A DNA stretch of 54,842 nt from a virus. Taxonomy: Duplodnaviria; Caudoviricetes. The position numbers and the translations under genes are program-made. The notes beneath the pieces were generated by a model, which did not search any database, had not been told where the DNA came from, and saw nothing but the letters and a program-made list of their open reading frames with translations. The stretch lies in IMG/VR virus record IMGVR_UViG_3300007784_000001, positions 1 to 54,842 of that record; one strand, 5' to 3'. Every line of letters begins with the position of its first letter. Position 1 is the stretch's first letter. This document shows, one piece after another, positions 47,973 to 54,842 of this stretch.

Positions 47973-48421
47973 TATTCTTCTTTCTTGGGCGAGAACTCAG
48001 AAGCATTTACACCATCCATGAGCATTAGGCCACTACCAGGAAACCTCATACCAACAAACGACGGTGCCCATCCAGTTTCCACAAACCGTTCAGCAGCTTC
48101 TCGCGACGACGGTCCACATACTCCACCAGCACCCTTAGTCATCAAGTGCTCTATGAGTTCTTCTCGTGTGGCAAATACAGGAGAAGTAGGTGACCCTTCT
48201 GAAACCGTTTCCCATATCTGCCAACCCTCTCCCTCGGGTGGCTCGTAATAGTAAGGACACTCGTCCTTTGATATGTCGCAATTATCATCTTCCTCATACC
48301 CTTCTTCGGGTACAAACTTCTCACATTTGCAATGGGTTCGATACTCCGTATACCCAGGCCATACTCCATCATTAGGGCCATGATCGAAATCCAGAGCTAC
48401 CCTTTTGATTTCACGTCCCAT
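47972..48421 (-). CDS. Conserved hypothetical phage protein
   Basis: MGREIKRV, GWQIWETVSEGSP.SPVF motifs. Confidence 0.6.
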   Translation of the reverse strand: MGREIKRVALDFDHGPNDGVWPGYTEYRTHCKCEKFVPEEGYEEDDNCDISKDECPYYYEPPEGEGWQIWETVSEGSPTSPVFATREELIEHLMTKGAGGVCGPSSREAAERFVETGWAPSFVGMRFPGSGLMLMDGVNASEFSPKKEE

Positions 48422-48423
48422 AT

Positions 48424-48954
48424 TTACCCTCTGTCTATCCGGTTAGACAACATCTGGTCTAATATTTTTCTGAGTTGAGGTGGCTTCCATCCGGGAGGCT
48501 TGAGTCGCTTGCCCTTCTCATTCAGCATACCGCCCTTCTTCTTCATATTCGTTCGATGGACTTCATCGAAGAACGGTTCAAGATCAAGGTTCATGGCGTT
48601 CGTAGTATTGTGAATAGTGACAATCATGTCACACATTGCATCAATAGCCTTGACCCATGCAGCCTTCACAGACTCAAACTCATCAAGATACCGGATGTTC
48701 CCAAGACTCGCAGCTCGCTTCAATGCACAATCGAGTTCCTCCATTGCTTCCTGGAATTCGCGATGTTCTTCGTCTACCAACGAACGAAGCAAATCAATAT
48801 GAAATGAAGTTAGAAACCGAACTCCCGGACCATTGACATCGTGAGGAAGTGGAAGGTCTAATGCCAACATCATTTGCTTGACTTGTGCTTGTGTCTTATG
48901 CATGATTGCTCCAATCCCGTTCGGGAAAATGAAACCGTTAGCTGGCGGTATCAC
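48424..48954 (-). CDS. MazG-like all-alpha NTP pyrophosphatase (DR2231/dUTPase-like)
   Basis: L..EE..E, DA.CD, FDEVHRTNM.K, GK.LKPPGW.PP. Confidence 0.8.
   Translation of the reverse strand: MIPPANGFIFPNGIGAIMHKTQAQVKQMMLALDLPLPHDVNGPGVRFLTSFHIDLLRSLVDEEHREFQEAMEELDCALKRAASLGNIRYLDEFESVKAAWVKAIDAMCDMIVTIHNTTNAMNLDLEPFFDEVHRTNMKKKGGMLNEKGKRLKPPGWKPPQLRKILDQMLSNRIDRG
48432..48449. repeat. Palindrome copy 18 (TGTCTATCCGGTTAGACA), intragenic
   Basis: In the last codons (SNRID) of the MazG-like gene. Confidence 0.92.
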
Positions 48955-48977
48955 CCCCTAAATTTTCCCGAGCGGGA

Positions 48978-49178
48978 TTACGCTCTGTCCCGAGTGCGCT
49001 CTTCGCAAATGTGACAGTAGTTCAAATCTTCGTTCTCACATGCGCAGCAATTCCCATACTGCCTGCCACATACTTCGCATGATGTACGAAACTCTTCACA
49101 ACCGATTGGTAGATGACAAATATCACAAACGGTTTCTTCCAGAACGTCTTCATCGTAGTAATCATGCATGTCACTCAT
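48978..49178 (-). CDS. Small Cys-rich protein
   Basis: Multiple CxxC. Confidence 0.5.
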   Translation of the reverse strand: MSDMHDYYDEDVLEETVCDICHLPIGCEEFRTSCEVCGRQYGNCCACENEDLNYCHICEERTRDRA

Positions 49179-49576
49179 AGTATTCTCGTCCCTCGATTAT
49201 TCTGTCGTTGGATACACACCGACGTTCGAATGTCTTGCATTGCCAGTAGTTGCTTTCCTCGTTCAATAACCTTTGCGGATATCAACCTCTGCAATTTGCT
49301 CTCTGGTATATACTGAACTATCAACCGACAATCAAACTCCTGACATACCGCCGGACGTTTACTCCATATCTTGCAGCCTTTCTCTCTGTCGAGATAAACA
49401 CAATCGCCATTCTTCTTGTGTAGCAATACTAACCGACCCTCGTATATCTCAGTGATGTACTTCCTCGGGTCGTCTCCCATGTGCGGCTTGATGACTATCC
49501 GATCGCTCTGACAGCAAGCTACACATCCATTACACGGCACTTGCTGAGTTATTGGTTGATCTGTAATCAGCTCCAT
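49175..49576 (-). CDS. YkgJ-like CxxCxxCC protein
   Basis: CNGCVACC, CVYLD..GCKIW..RP.VC..FDC. Confidence 0.8.
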   Translation of the reverse strand: MELITDQPITQQVPCNGCVACCQSDRIVIKPHMGDDPRKYITEIYEGRLVLLHKKNGDCVYLDREKGCKIWSKRPAVCQEFDCRLIVQYIPESKLQRLISAKVIERGKQLLAMQDIRTSVCIQRQNNRGTRIL

Positions 49577-49979
49577 GATTCAACTTCTCCTGTGTCTCTT
49601 CAGGCAACGCATATCGACCACGATGTAGTCGCCTTAGAATTCCACGATTTGTCAACTTTCGACACGATAAACGAATACTATTGGCTGTTCCCATTCCAAT
49701 ATTATGCTGGCAATAATTGACAATACTTGGTATCTCTCTACCCGCTATACGATTATTCAATGACTCGATAACGGCCATCTCCAATCTAGTCACATTCATA
49801 TCAACATGAGTAACATTAACTTCTTCAACTGGTTCCTCCTCAATAACAGGAACCTCTGACTTCTGCTCAACAAACAACGAGGCAGCATTGCGAATACGCT
49901 CTGCTACCTCCAAAAACTCCTCAGCCTTCTTCTCGAATTGTTCTGCTAGTTCCATCAACGAATCACGATCGAATTGCAT
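49530..49979 (-). CDS. Coiled-coil plus winged-helix DNA-binding protein
   Basis: N-terminal heptads; C-terminal SIR..C.KL..RG.L.RL.RGRY; AAGGAGG SD. Confidence 0.6.
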   Translation of the reverse strand: MQFDRDSLMELAEQFEKKAEEFLEVAERIRNAASLFVEQKSEVPVIEEEPVEEVNVTHVDMNVTRLEMAVIESLNNRIAGREIPSIVNYCQHNIGMGTANSIRLSCRKLTNRGILRRLHRGRYALPEETQEKLNHGADYRSTNNSASAV

Positions 49980-50040
49980 AGATGCCTCCTTACCCTGTTA
50001 ATTATCACCAACGGGCAAGAAATATCTGTACAATTACATA

Positions 50041-50316
50041 TCAATATCCGCGAGAAGGCCAATATCGTTCAAGGTAAGATATCTTCTGCTCAACATCCAT
50101 AGCAGGAAACTCTGCCCAATGCGTAGCATATGATAGCTTCATCCTATCCCCTCGAACAATCCACCATTTGTGATGAGAGCTACGTCCAACACATAGTTGG
50201 GCAATCATTGCATCATCGTTTCTGGCATTGTAGATAATGACGGGACGACTGATCAATAGGCCGGTTATTCTCTCCTCTACAACAGGGAGAGTGTAATCAA
50301 CTTCGTTCCATTGCAT
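50041..50316 (-). CDS. DUF551-like hypothetical protein
   Basis: W..V...LP...THW...P. Confidence 0.5.
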   Translation of the reverse strand: MQWNEVDYTLPVVEERITGLLISRPVIIYNARNDDAMIAQLCVGRSSHHKWWIVRGDRMKLSYATHWAEFPAMDVEQKISYLERYWPSRGY

Positions 50317-50485
50317 AATACGACTCTACAACTTCGCTTGCCATTTGATCGAGCCATTTGGGGTCTGTGGATATATGGAAATTCGCAGCGGCCAAACGAG
50401 ATAGAATCGATGGCTCTGTACAAGTCTTGACCTTCTCGGTCATCCACTGATGGACCAATTGTTGTTTCTCAATATTCCGTTTCAT
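50297..50485 (-). CDS. Hypothetical protein
   Basis: 62 aa in operon. Confidence 0.45.
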   Translation of the reverse strand: MKRNIEKQQLVHQWMTEKVKTCTEPSILSRLAAANFHISTDPKWLDQMASEVVESYYAMERS

Positions 50486-50494
50486 CGAATGTCC

Positions 50495-50512
50495 TGTCTA
50501 ACCGGTGAGACT
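50495..50512. repeat. Palindrome copy 19 (TGTCTAACCGGTGAGACT)
   Basis: Overlaps the TAG of 50511..50771. Confidence 0.95.
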
Positions 50513-50771
50513 ACTCAGGTATCTTGGCCAGATATTGCACTGCCCACTTACCTTCCAGTTTCTTTCGAATGTTCCGTCGAATGACCATAGGTACCGTGAC
50601 TTCGTTCGGGTTGTCACATGCACCACACATGAATACCACCGGCCTTGACGGGATATCATGTATCATCAAATCACCAGTCGATATCGATACGATGCTCGTG
50701 CAACATGCACACTGTCTTATCGCTCGCCAATAGCTCTTGTTCTTGTCAGGTACAGTTGCAATTACTTTCAT
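50511..50771 (-). CDS. Zn-ribbon protein
   Basis: CACC...CGAC. Confidence 0.55.
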   Translation of the reverse strand: MKVIATVPDKNKSYWRAIRQCACCTSIVSISTGDLMIHDIPSRPVVFMCGACDNPNEVTVPMVIRRNIRKKLEGKWAVQYLAKIPE

Positions 50772-50779
50772 CGACTACC

Positions 50780-51040
50780 TCAATACCATGTCGAGATACC
50801 AGCTTCATCTATCAATTGCTGAATCTTAGTTCGATATTCTTCCAACTTTGCATACGTTTCGTCCGACAACGAATCGTTATGTTTGATATCGCTACGTAGC
50901 GCCTGGTCCAAATCCCACAAAACACCACGATACTTGTTACCCTCCATAGAAATCCACATGGTTTCCTGCTCGTCTGGCTCGCCCAGATCAAATTCAAGAG
51001 TCGCTTTTGGCATGATCAACTCCAAGTTTCGTTTTGCCAT
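50780..51040 (-). CDS. Conserved hypothetical phage protein (alternative start 51013)
   Basis: KATLEFDL...LWDLDQ.LR...KH. Confidence 0.6.
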   Translation of the reverse strand: MAKRNLELIMPKATLEFDLGEPDEQETMWISMEGNKYRGVLWDLDQALRSDIKHNDSLSDETYAKLEEYRTKIQQLIDEAGISTWY

Positions 51041-51069
51041 TGAAGAATTATAGTCAAAAGGAAGGGAAA

Positions 51070-51112
51070 GTTCCCACCATCAAGGCCCAACTCTAAACTT
51101 GATGGTGGGAAC
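51070..51112 (-). terminator. Intrinsic terminator downstream of the tRNA
   Basis: GTTCCCACCATCAAG / CTTGATGGTGGGAAC 15-bp stem then TTTCCCTTCCTTTT on the minus strand. Confidence 0.75.
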
Positions 51113-51144
51113 CAAGGCAATGCACGACAGGCACGATAGCATGA

Positions 51145-51217
51145 TTGCGGGGGTTGGACTTGAACCAACGACCATCAGGGTATGAACCTGATAAGCTACC
51201 AACTGCTCCACCCCGCG
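51145..51217 (-). tRNA. tRNA-Met(CAT), initiator (fMet) type; CCA not encoded
   Basis: CGCGGGG acceptor with C1:A72 mismatch, A11-U24, anticodon arm TCAGG-TTCATAC-CCTGA, T-loop GGTTCAAGTCC. Confidence 0.93.
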
Positions 51218-51222
51218 TTATT

Positions 51223-51251
51223 GTTATAACCACGAATCACCCATCAATCAA
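51223..51251 (-). promoter_or_regulatory. Sigma70-type promoter for the tRNA
   Basis: TTGATT-17nt-TATAAC ending 5 nt before tRNA position 1. Confidence 0.5.
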
Positions 51252-51511
51252 CTATCTTTTGGACCAACCCATCCACCTTCGACCAATCCATTACGAATAT
51301 CGCAATACTCCTGTAGAATATCAGTAAGCGTCATGATCTGACGTTGAGTAAGTCCTATCCATAACGGAGGGGGTGTTTCGATATCGTGCCCCCTATTCAT
51401 TCCAAGAAGAATTTCCTTATCTTTTGTCAGTTTGATGAAAACTGTTCCGCGCTCGCTTGCCAATATCACTTCTTCAAACTGTTCTTCTTTATTCATCTTC
51501 GTCGTCGTCAT
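51248..51511 (-). CDS. Hypothetical protein
   Basis: ORF in coupled run. Confidence 0.5.
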   Translation of the reverse strand: MTTTKMNKEEQFEEVILASERGTVFIKLTKDKEILLGMNRGHDIETPPPLWIGLTQRQIMTLTDILQEYCDIRNGLVEGGWVGPKDS

Positions 51512-51812
51512 CGATAGTCTCTCCTGTTACGTAATCGATACCATACGCTTCCATGATATCTTCACGAAGCGTTCCATATACAAACCCACCACAACATACG
51601 TCTCTTCGAATATTGACACATGTCATACATGTACGATGAGTATCCAAATATCCACCCCATTTACCAAATACATATTCATATCTTTCCCCCTTCTTTATCG
51701 TCTCTCCACATTCAAGACATGTGTATTCCTTTCGTGCATGAACATACTTCTCTGACATGAACTCTGGTGGCTCACCATCGTAACCACATATGCATGCACA
51801 TCCGAAATCCAT
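51489..51812 (-). CDS. Zn-finger phage protein
   Basis: ARKEYTCLECGETIKKGERY...C.TC. Confidence 0.65.
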   Translation of the reverse strand: MDFGCACICGYDGEPPEFMSEKYVHARKEYTCLECGETIKKGERYEYVFGKWGGYLDTHRTCMTCVNIRRDVCCGGFVYGTLREDIMEAYGIDYVTGETIDDDDEDE

Positions 51813-51820
51813 AGGAACTC

Positions 51821-52060
51821 CTACCCTTCGTACGCAACCAGATCTCTTACGCCTCGCATCTCCTCAACACCATTACTCCACTTCACCATGTAAAACATAG
51901 GAGCGTACTGCCGTTCCCATGGCATATTCATATTTCCAGAATCAATCGAAGTTACCTTTCCGATCATATTCTTATTCCCCATCAACCGAACCTTCTCTCC
52001 AATATCAAAAGGGTTTCCCTTAGTACCTCGACGGCGGGCTCTCGTTTTTGATTTTGTCAT
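51821..52060 (-). CDS. Small SH3-like protein
   Basis: FDIGEKVR...GKV...Y.VKW. Confidence 0.55.
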   Translation of the reverse strand: MTKSKTRARRRGTKGNPFDIGEKVRLMGNKNMIGKVTSIDSGNMNMPWERQYAPMFYMVKWSNGVEEMRGVRDLVAYEG

Positions 52061-52077
52061 GTCTCACCGGTTAGACA
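52060..52077. repeat. Palindrome copy 20 (TGTCTCACCGGTTAGACA)
   Basis: Spans the stop of 52071..52427 and the A of the next ATG (TAA-CCGGTGAGAC-ATG). Confidence 0.95.
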
Positions 52078-52427
52078 TCTGATTTTGTTTCAGGAGATTC
52101 CCATGCGGCAGGTCGAACAGTATTACATGGTATGCCACCGTAAATCGACATAGCTACAATCTCAACTCCACGAGATAGATAACTGACCAAATCATCAACA
52201 TTATCAATAACGAATCCATTGATGCCTTTTCTACAAAACTGACCTTGGATAAATTCATCGTAAGATAATGGAAAAGGAATATGCAGATCAAGCTTTGTCG
52301 CATACGCGGCAATACGCGAAGCCTCTTGATGTGTCCTACATACAATATACGCATTGTGCTCGGCTGCTAGCCGAATACATTTTGTAGTCTTACCGCTATT
52401 CCTTCCACCTACTATCAATGTCGGCAT
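52071..52427 (-). CDS. Small P-loop protein
   Basis: GGRNSGKTT Walker A and VIDNVD Walker B-like. Confidence 0.6.
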   Translation of the reverse strand: MPTLIVGGRNSGKTTKCIRLAAEHNAYIVCRTHQEASRIAAYATKLDLHIPFPLSYDEFIQGQFCRKGINGFVIDNVDDLVSYLSRGVEIVAMSIYGGIPCNTVRPAAWESPETKSDV

Positions 52428-52434
52428 GTTCCCC

Positions 52435-52668
52435 TCAATCCAGATTACAGCCCGAGTAAATGCTCCATTCTAGTTCACCATGTGGAGTCAGACATTCGCA
52501 TTCCATATCGTCATAGTCATAACTGACAGTACCTGAAATACAAGGTCGATGTTCTGCCTGTTCGTAGCAATCTTTTTCGGCATTGCAATGAGCAGAAATA
52601 ATCAATCCAATTATGATGATCACTGTAAATACAATGAGCATACCCTTGATAGAATCATCAATCCTCAT
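52435..52668 (-). CDS. Small membrane-anchored Cys-rich protein
   Basis: N-terminal TM segment then several Cys. Confidence 0.5.
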   Translation of the reverse strand: MRIDDSIKGMLIVFTVIIIIGLIISAHCNAEKDCYEQAEHRPCISGTVSYDYDDMECECLTPHGELEWSIYSGCNLD

Positions 52669-52882
52669 CTTCAGTACTCGTCTTCTCTCCTAAATTGAAA
52701 GTGTGCCCACACTCATCACATTGAGCTTCCTCGTTCATATCAATTGCATTCGCAACTATCTCGCTGATATCGTCGAGTATCTCACGTTCATTGACATCGA
52801 TCAGAACATAAGCATTGATCGATACGTCTTCGCTTTTACACTTTGGACACGTGTAGATCTCATCTTCCATTATCTTCTCCAA
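52658..52882 (-). CDS. Zn-ribbon protein
   Basis: CPKC...CDECG. Confidence 0.55.
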   Translation of the reverse strand: MEKIMEDEIYTCPKCKSEDVSINAYVLIDVNEREILDDISEIVANAIDMNEEAQCDECGHTFNLGEKTSTEDED

Positions 52883-53093
52883 CTTTCTTAGTAATCAGCG
52901 GAAGCAATATCGTCCGCATGTGATAATCGTCAATGACTACATTCTCATCTCGACCCTTCTTATTTATTGGGTCAGCTATCTTTTCGTCAAGCATCGCTAC
53001 GGCAGCACAATCTTCACCACCAATTGCAGCGCACATATCACGATACTCGCCAAGTGTCTCAGGACACGGTTGTCCGGTTTCGTCTGTTCTCAT
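52860..53093 (-). CDS. Hypothetical protein
   Basis: ATGA-coupled 77 aa. Confidence 0.55.
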   Translation of the reverse strand: MRTDETGQPCPETLGEYRDMCAAIGGEDCAAVAMLDEKIADPINKKGRDENVVIDDYHMRTILLPLITKKVGEDNGR

Positions 53094-53296
53094 GATTTTT
53101 TGCTAACAAGCTCGCTGATAGCATCCTCTGCTAGATGTTGAACAGCTTCATTGAATGCACGCATCAACGGCATACGACAAGACGAGTGTACAGTAACCTG
53201 CCCGCCACCACCTCGTTCACACGTAATGGCAATGTTCAGATTACGATCATCGTCAATCCACATCTTGAATCTGAACCCGCGTTCAGTATACTCCAT
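53090..53296 (-). CDS. Hypothetical protein
   Basis: AGGAG SD before in-frame ATG 53296. Confidence 0.5.
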   Translation of the reverse strand: MEYTERGFRFKMWIDDDRNLNIAITCERGGGGQVTVHSSCRMPLMRAFNEAVQHLAEDAISELVSKKS

Positions 53297-53342
53297 GAGA
53301 CTCTCCTGTATGAGACTCTCACTATATCCGGTTTGACCGTCA

Positions 53343-53903
53343 TTACCATTCACTTTTCTTCTTCGCGTCAACCAAACGTACAGACCGTTGAATCTTCGAA
53401 AGATCAAGTTCAACCACGGCATGTTTGGCCAACGCTTCAACCACAGCTACCCGCCCTCTCAGGTCCAGTAGTTCACGATAAAACGAACTATGATTGTTCT
53501 CGTCTGCACCAAACAAGTTCTCCCGCAATGCCTGTAGATCATCAGACAATGCAGTTTGAACATCCTGAACATCGCCCAGTGTTTTGCGCTCGTCTTTCAA
53601 TCGATTCTCAAAATCAATCTGCGCTTCAACAATACGAGAAAGACGAGACTCCAATTCAGCTACTCGTTTGTTCAAACGATCAAGTGATTGATCTACTCCG
53701 AGATGGGAATGAGAAGCATGACTGTGTTTCGAATGACGAGCTTTCAATGCTTCTAGTTCAATCCGAAACGCACCAATTGCGTCCGTCTGAGTTTTTTCTG
53801 TATCTTCTAAAGCATCAACACGATCGTGAAGCTCTTTGATATTGTCACATTCATTGTTGAAGTCTTGTCGCAACTTCATTATTTCAGTATCCTCATTCAC
53901 CAT
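53343..53903 (-). CDS. Long coiled-coil protein
   Basis: 186-aa heptads; GGAGG SD with TATAAT just upstream. Confidence 0.6.
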   Translation of the reverse strand: MVNEDTEIMKLRQDFNNECDNIKELHDRVDALEDTEKTQTDAIGAFRIELEALKARHSKHSHASHSHLGVDQSLDRLNKRVAELESRLSRIVEAQIDFENRLKDERKTLGDVQDVQTALSDDLQALRENLFGADENNHSSFYRELLDLRGRVAVVEALAKHAVVELDLSKIQRSVRLVDAKKKSEW

Positions 53904-53940
53904 AGATTGCCTCCGAGAATATTATATTGAGATAGAGGAA

Positions 53941-53958
53941 AGTCTAACCGGTTAGACA
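53941..53958. repeat. Palindrome copy 21 (AGTCTAACCGGTTAGACA)
   Basis: Intergenic, 14 nt upstream of a TATAAT box on the minus strand. Confidence 0.95.
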
Positions 53959-53961
53959 GAA

Positions 53962-54462
53962 CTACGAATCACATCCTTCTTCTAATCCTTCAATGCACAT
54001 CTGACATTTCCTTCCTTGTGCCATCTCAATGAATGTCTGATTTTCAGGAATGGGAATGTCATACTTCTCTGCAACGTACTTCAACATTGGCGCACCGTAG
54101 TTCTGATAATTCGAACCATCACTCAAAAACTCAAATGTCTCCGAATCGTTGATAAGCCACGTCCACGCTCGATAATGAGCAACACTCCGAGATGCAGAAA
54201 TCCCACGGTGGTTGACTGCTTTCTCAACAGCGAAACTCATATACTTCTTCATCTGTTCAATGATGTCTTCGTTTGTACGATATATCTGTTCATAATCCGC
54301 TAGATCTTTCTCTATCGATTCAGCGTCAGGATTTTTCCTTATCAACATCTCGATCGCATTGGCTTTGGTCAACGCACTATACAAATCTGTCGTCTCGAAA
54401 CCGAGAAAATCATTATCGCCGATTTCATCAATTCGTAACATAATCTCTTCTTGAGTTTTCAT
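53962..54462 (-). CDS. Conserved hypothetical phage protein
   Basis: YM.FA.EKA..HRGISASRSV.H...W.W. Confidence 0.6.
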   Translation of the reverse strand: MKTQEEIMLRIDEIGDNDFLGFETTDLYSALTKANAIEMLIRKNPDAESIEKDLADYEQIYRTNEDIIEQMKKYMSFAVEKAVNHRGISASRSVAHYRAWTWLINDSETFEFLSDGSNYQNYGAPMLKYVAEKYDIPIPENQTFIEMAQGRKCQMCIEGLEEGCDS

Positions 54463-54734
54463 TGTTCACTCTCCACTACGAATACAGGTCCACCGTCAAT
54501 CAACGTACCGTATCCAAGAATAATGCCTACAGTATTTTCAGCCCATGGATTCTCACCGCCCCGAGAGCGAAGCCACGACAGTAGACTATCCTTCTCCAAA
54601 ACCATGATGTCCGCCGATACCCATTTTCCACTGGGCATCTTCGCTCTAACGTAAATACCAGTCAGTGTACCTTTGTCGCCATACTTCGCTATTCGTTCAG
54701 GGTCGACCTTCAATTCATCTGACACTATCGTCAT
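54459..54734 (-). CDS. Hypothetical protein
   Basis: 91 aa, coupled at both ends. Confidence 0.55.
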   Translation of the reverse strand: MTIVSDELKVDPERIAKYGDKGTLTGIYVRAKMPSGKWVSADIMVLEKDSLLSWLRSRGGENPWAENTVGIILGYGTLIDGGPVFVVESEQ

Positions 54735-54842
54735 TACAATTCCTTATCGTCCAAATCAGTCCAATGAGCTTCCATCCATCGAGGTCGGAATCGAGTTTGA
54801 GACCATACCGGTACTATCCAGATCACAAACAAAACCGCATAA
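54734..54842 (-). CDS. Partial CDS (3' end) entering the window
   Basis: Open frame ending in TAA overlapping the next ATG (TAATG). Confidence 0.4.
   Translation of the reverse strand, partial: YAVLFVIWIVPVWSQTRFRPRWMEAHWTDLDDKEL

Noticed and set aside
51145-51327. 60-aa ORF MRGLDLNQRPSGYEPD
   Set aside because: Typical spurious translation of the tRNA antisense strand
4280-53958. The 18-bp palindrome as a CRISPR repeat or intrinsic terminator
   Set aside because: Copies are kilobases apart with no spacer array or cas genes; no loop, no U-tract and non-compensatory mismatches
1-54842. Stop-codon reassignment, introns or inteins
   Set aside because: TerL, portal, capsid, sheath, dcd and dam are intact in code 11, all three stops terminate genes, and no intein or homing-endonuclease motifs were noticed

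Overview
The window is about 55 kb of a tailed dsDNA phage with a contractile tail (myovirus-like Caudoviricetes, standard genetic code, host not determinable). Positions 1-36.4 kb are an almost continuous minus-strand virion operon. It runs putative TerS, TerL, a portal fused to an XkdF-like protease, scaffold-like protein, major capsid, neck and accessory virion proteins, sheath, tube, tail chaperone with a -1 frameshift, tape measure, LysM tube initiator, hub, spike, gp25-like protein and wedge, then three paralogous ~350-aa proteins and a LamG protein. A short plus-strand operon follows (Dam-like MTase, J-domain, stand-alone DnaA-C HTH, tandem Cys-domain protein). After it come membrane/lipoprotein genes and a minus-strand arm of small genes with dcd, a MazG/dUTPase-like gene, two YkgJ-like genes and an initiator-type tRNA-Met. 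The strongest unexplained signal is an 18-bp palindrome, TGTCTAACCGGTTAGACA, found by eye 21 times between 4.3 and 54 kb at 0.9-4.6 kb spacing. It supplies the stop codon of 7 genes, sits next to several start codons and is kept inside 4 CDSs, which points to a genome-wide protein-binding or recombination-site system. All product calls come from motif recognition and synteny; no database searches were run.
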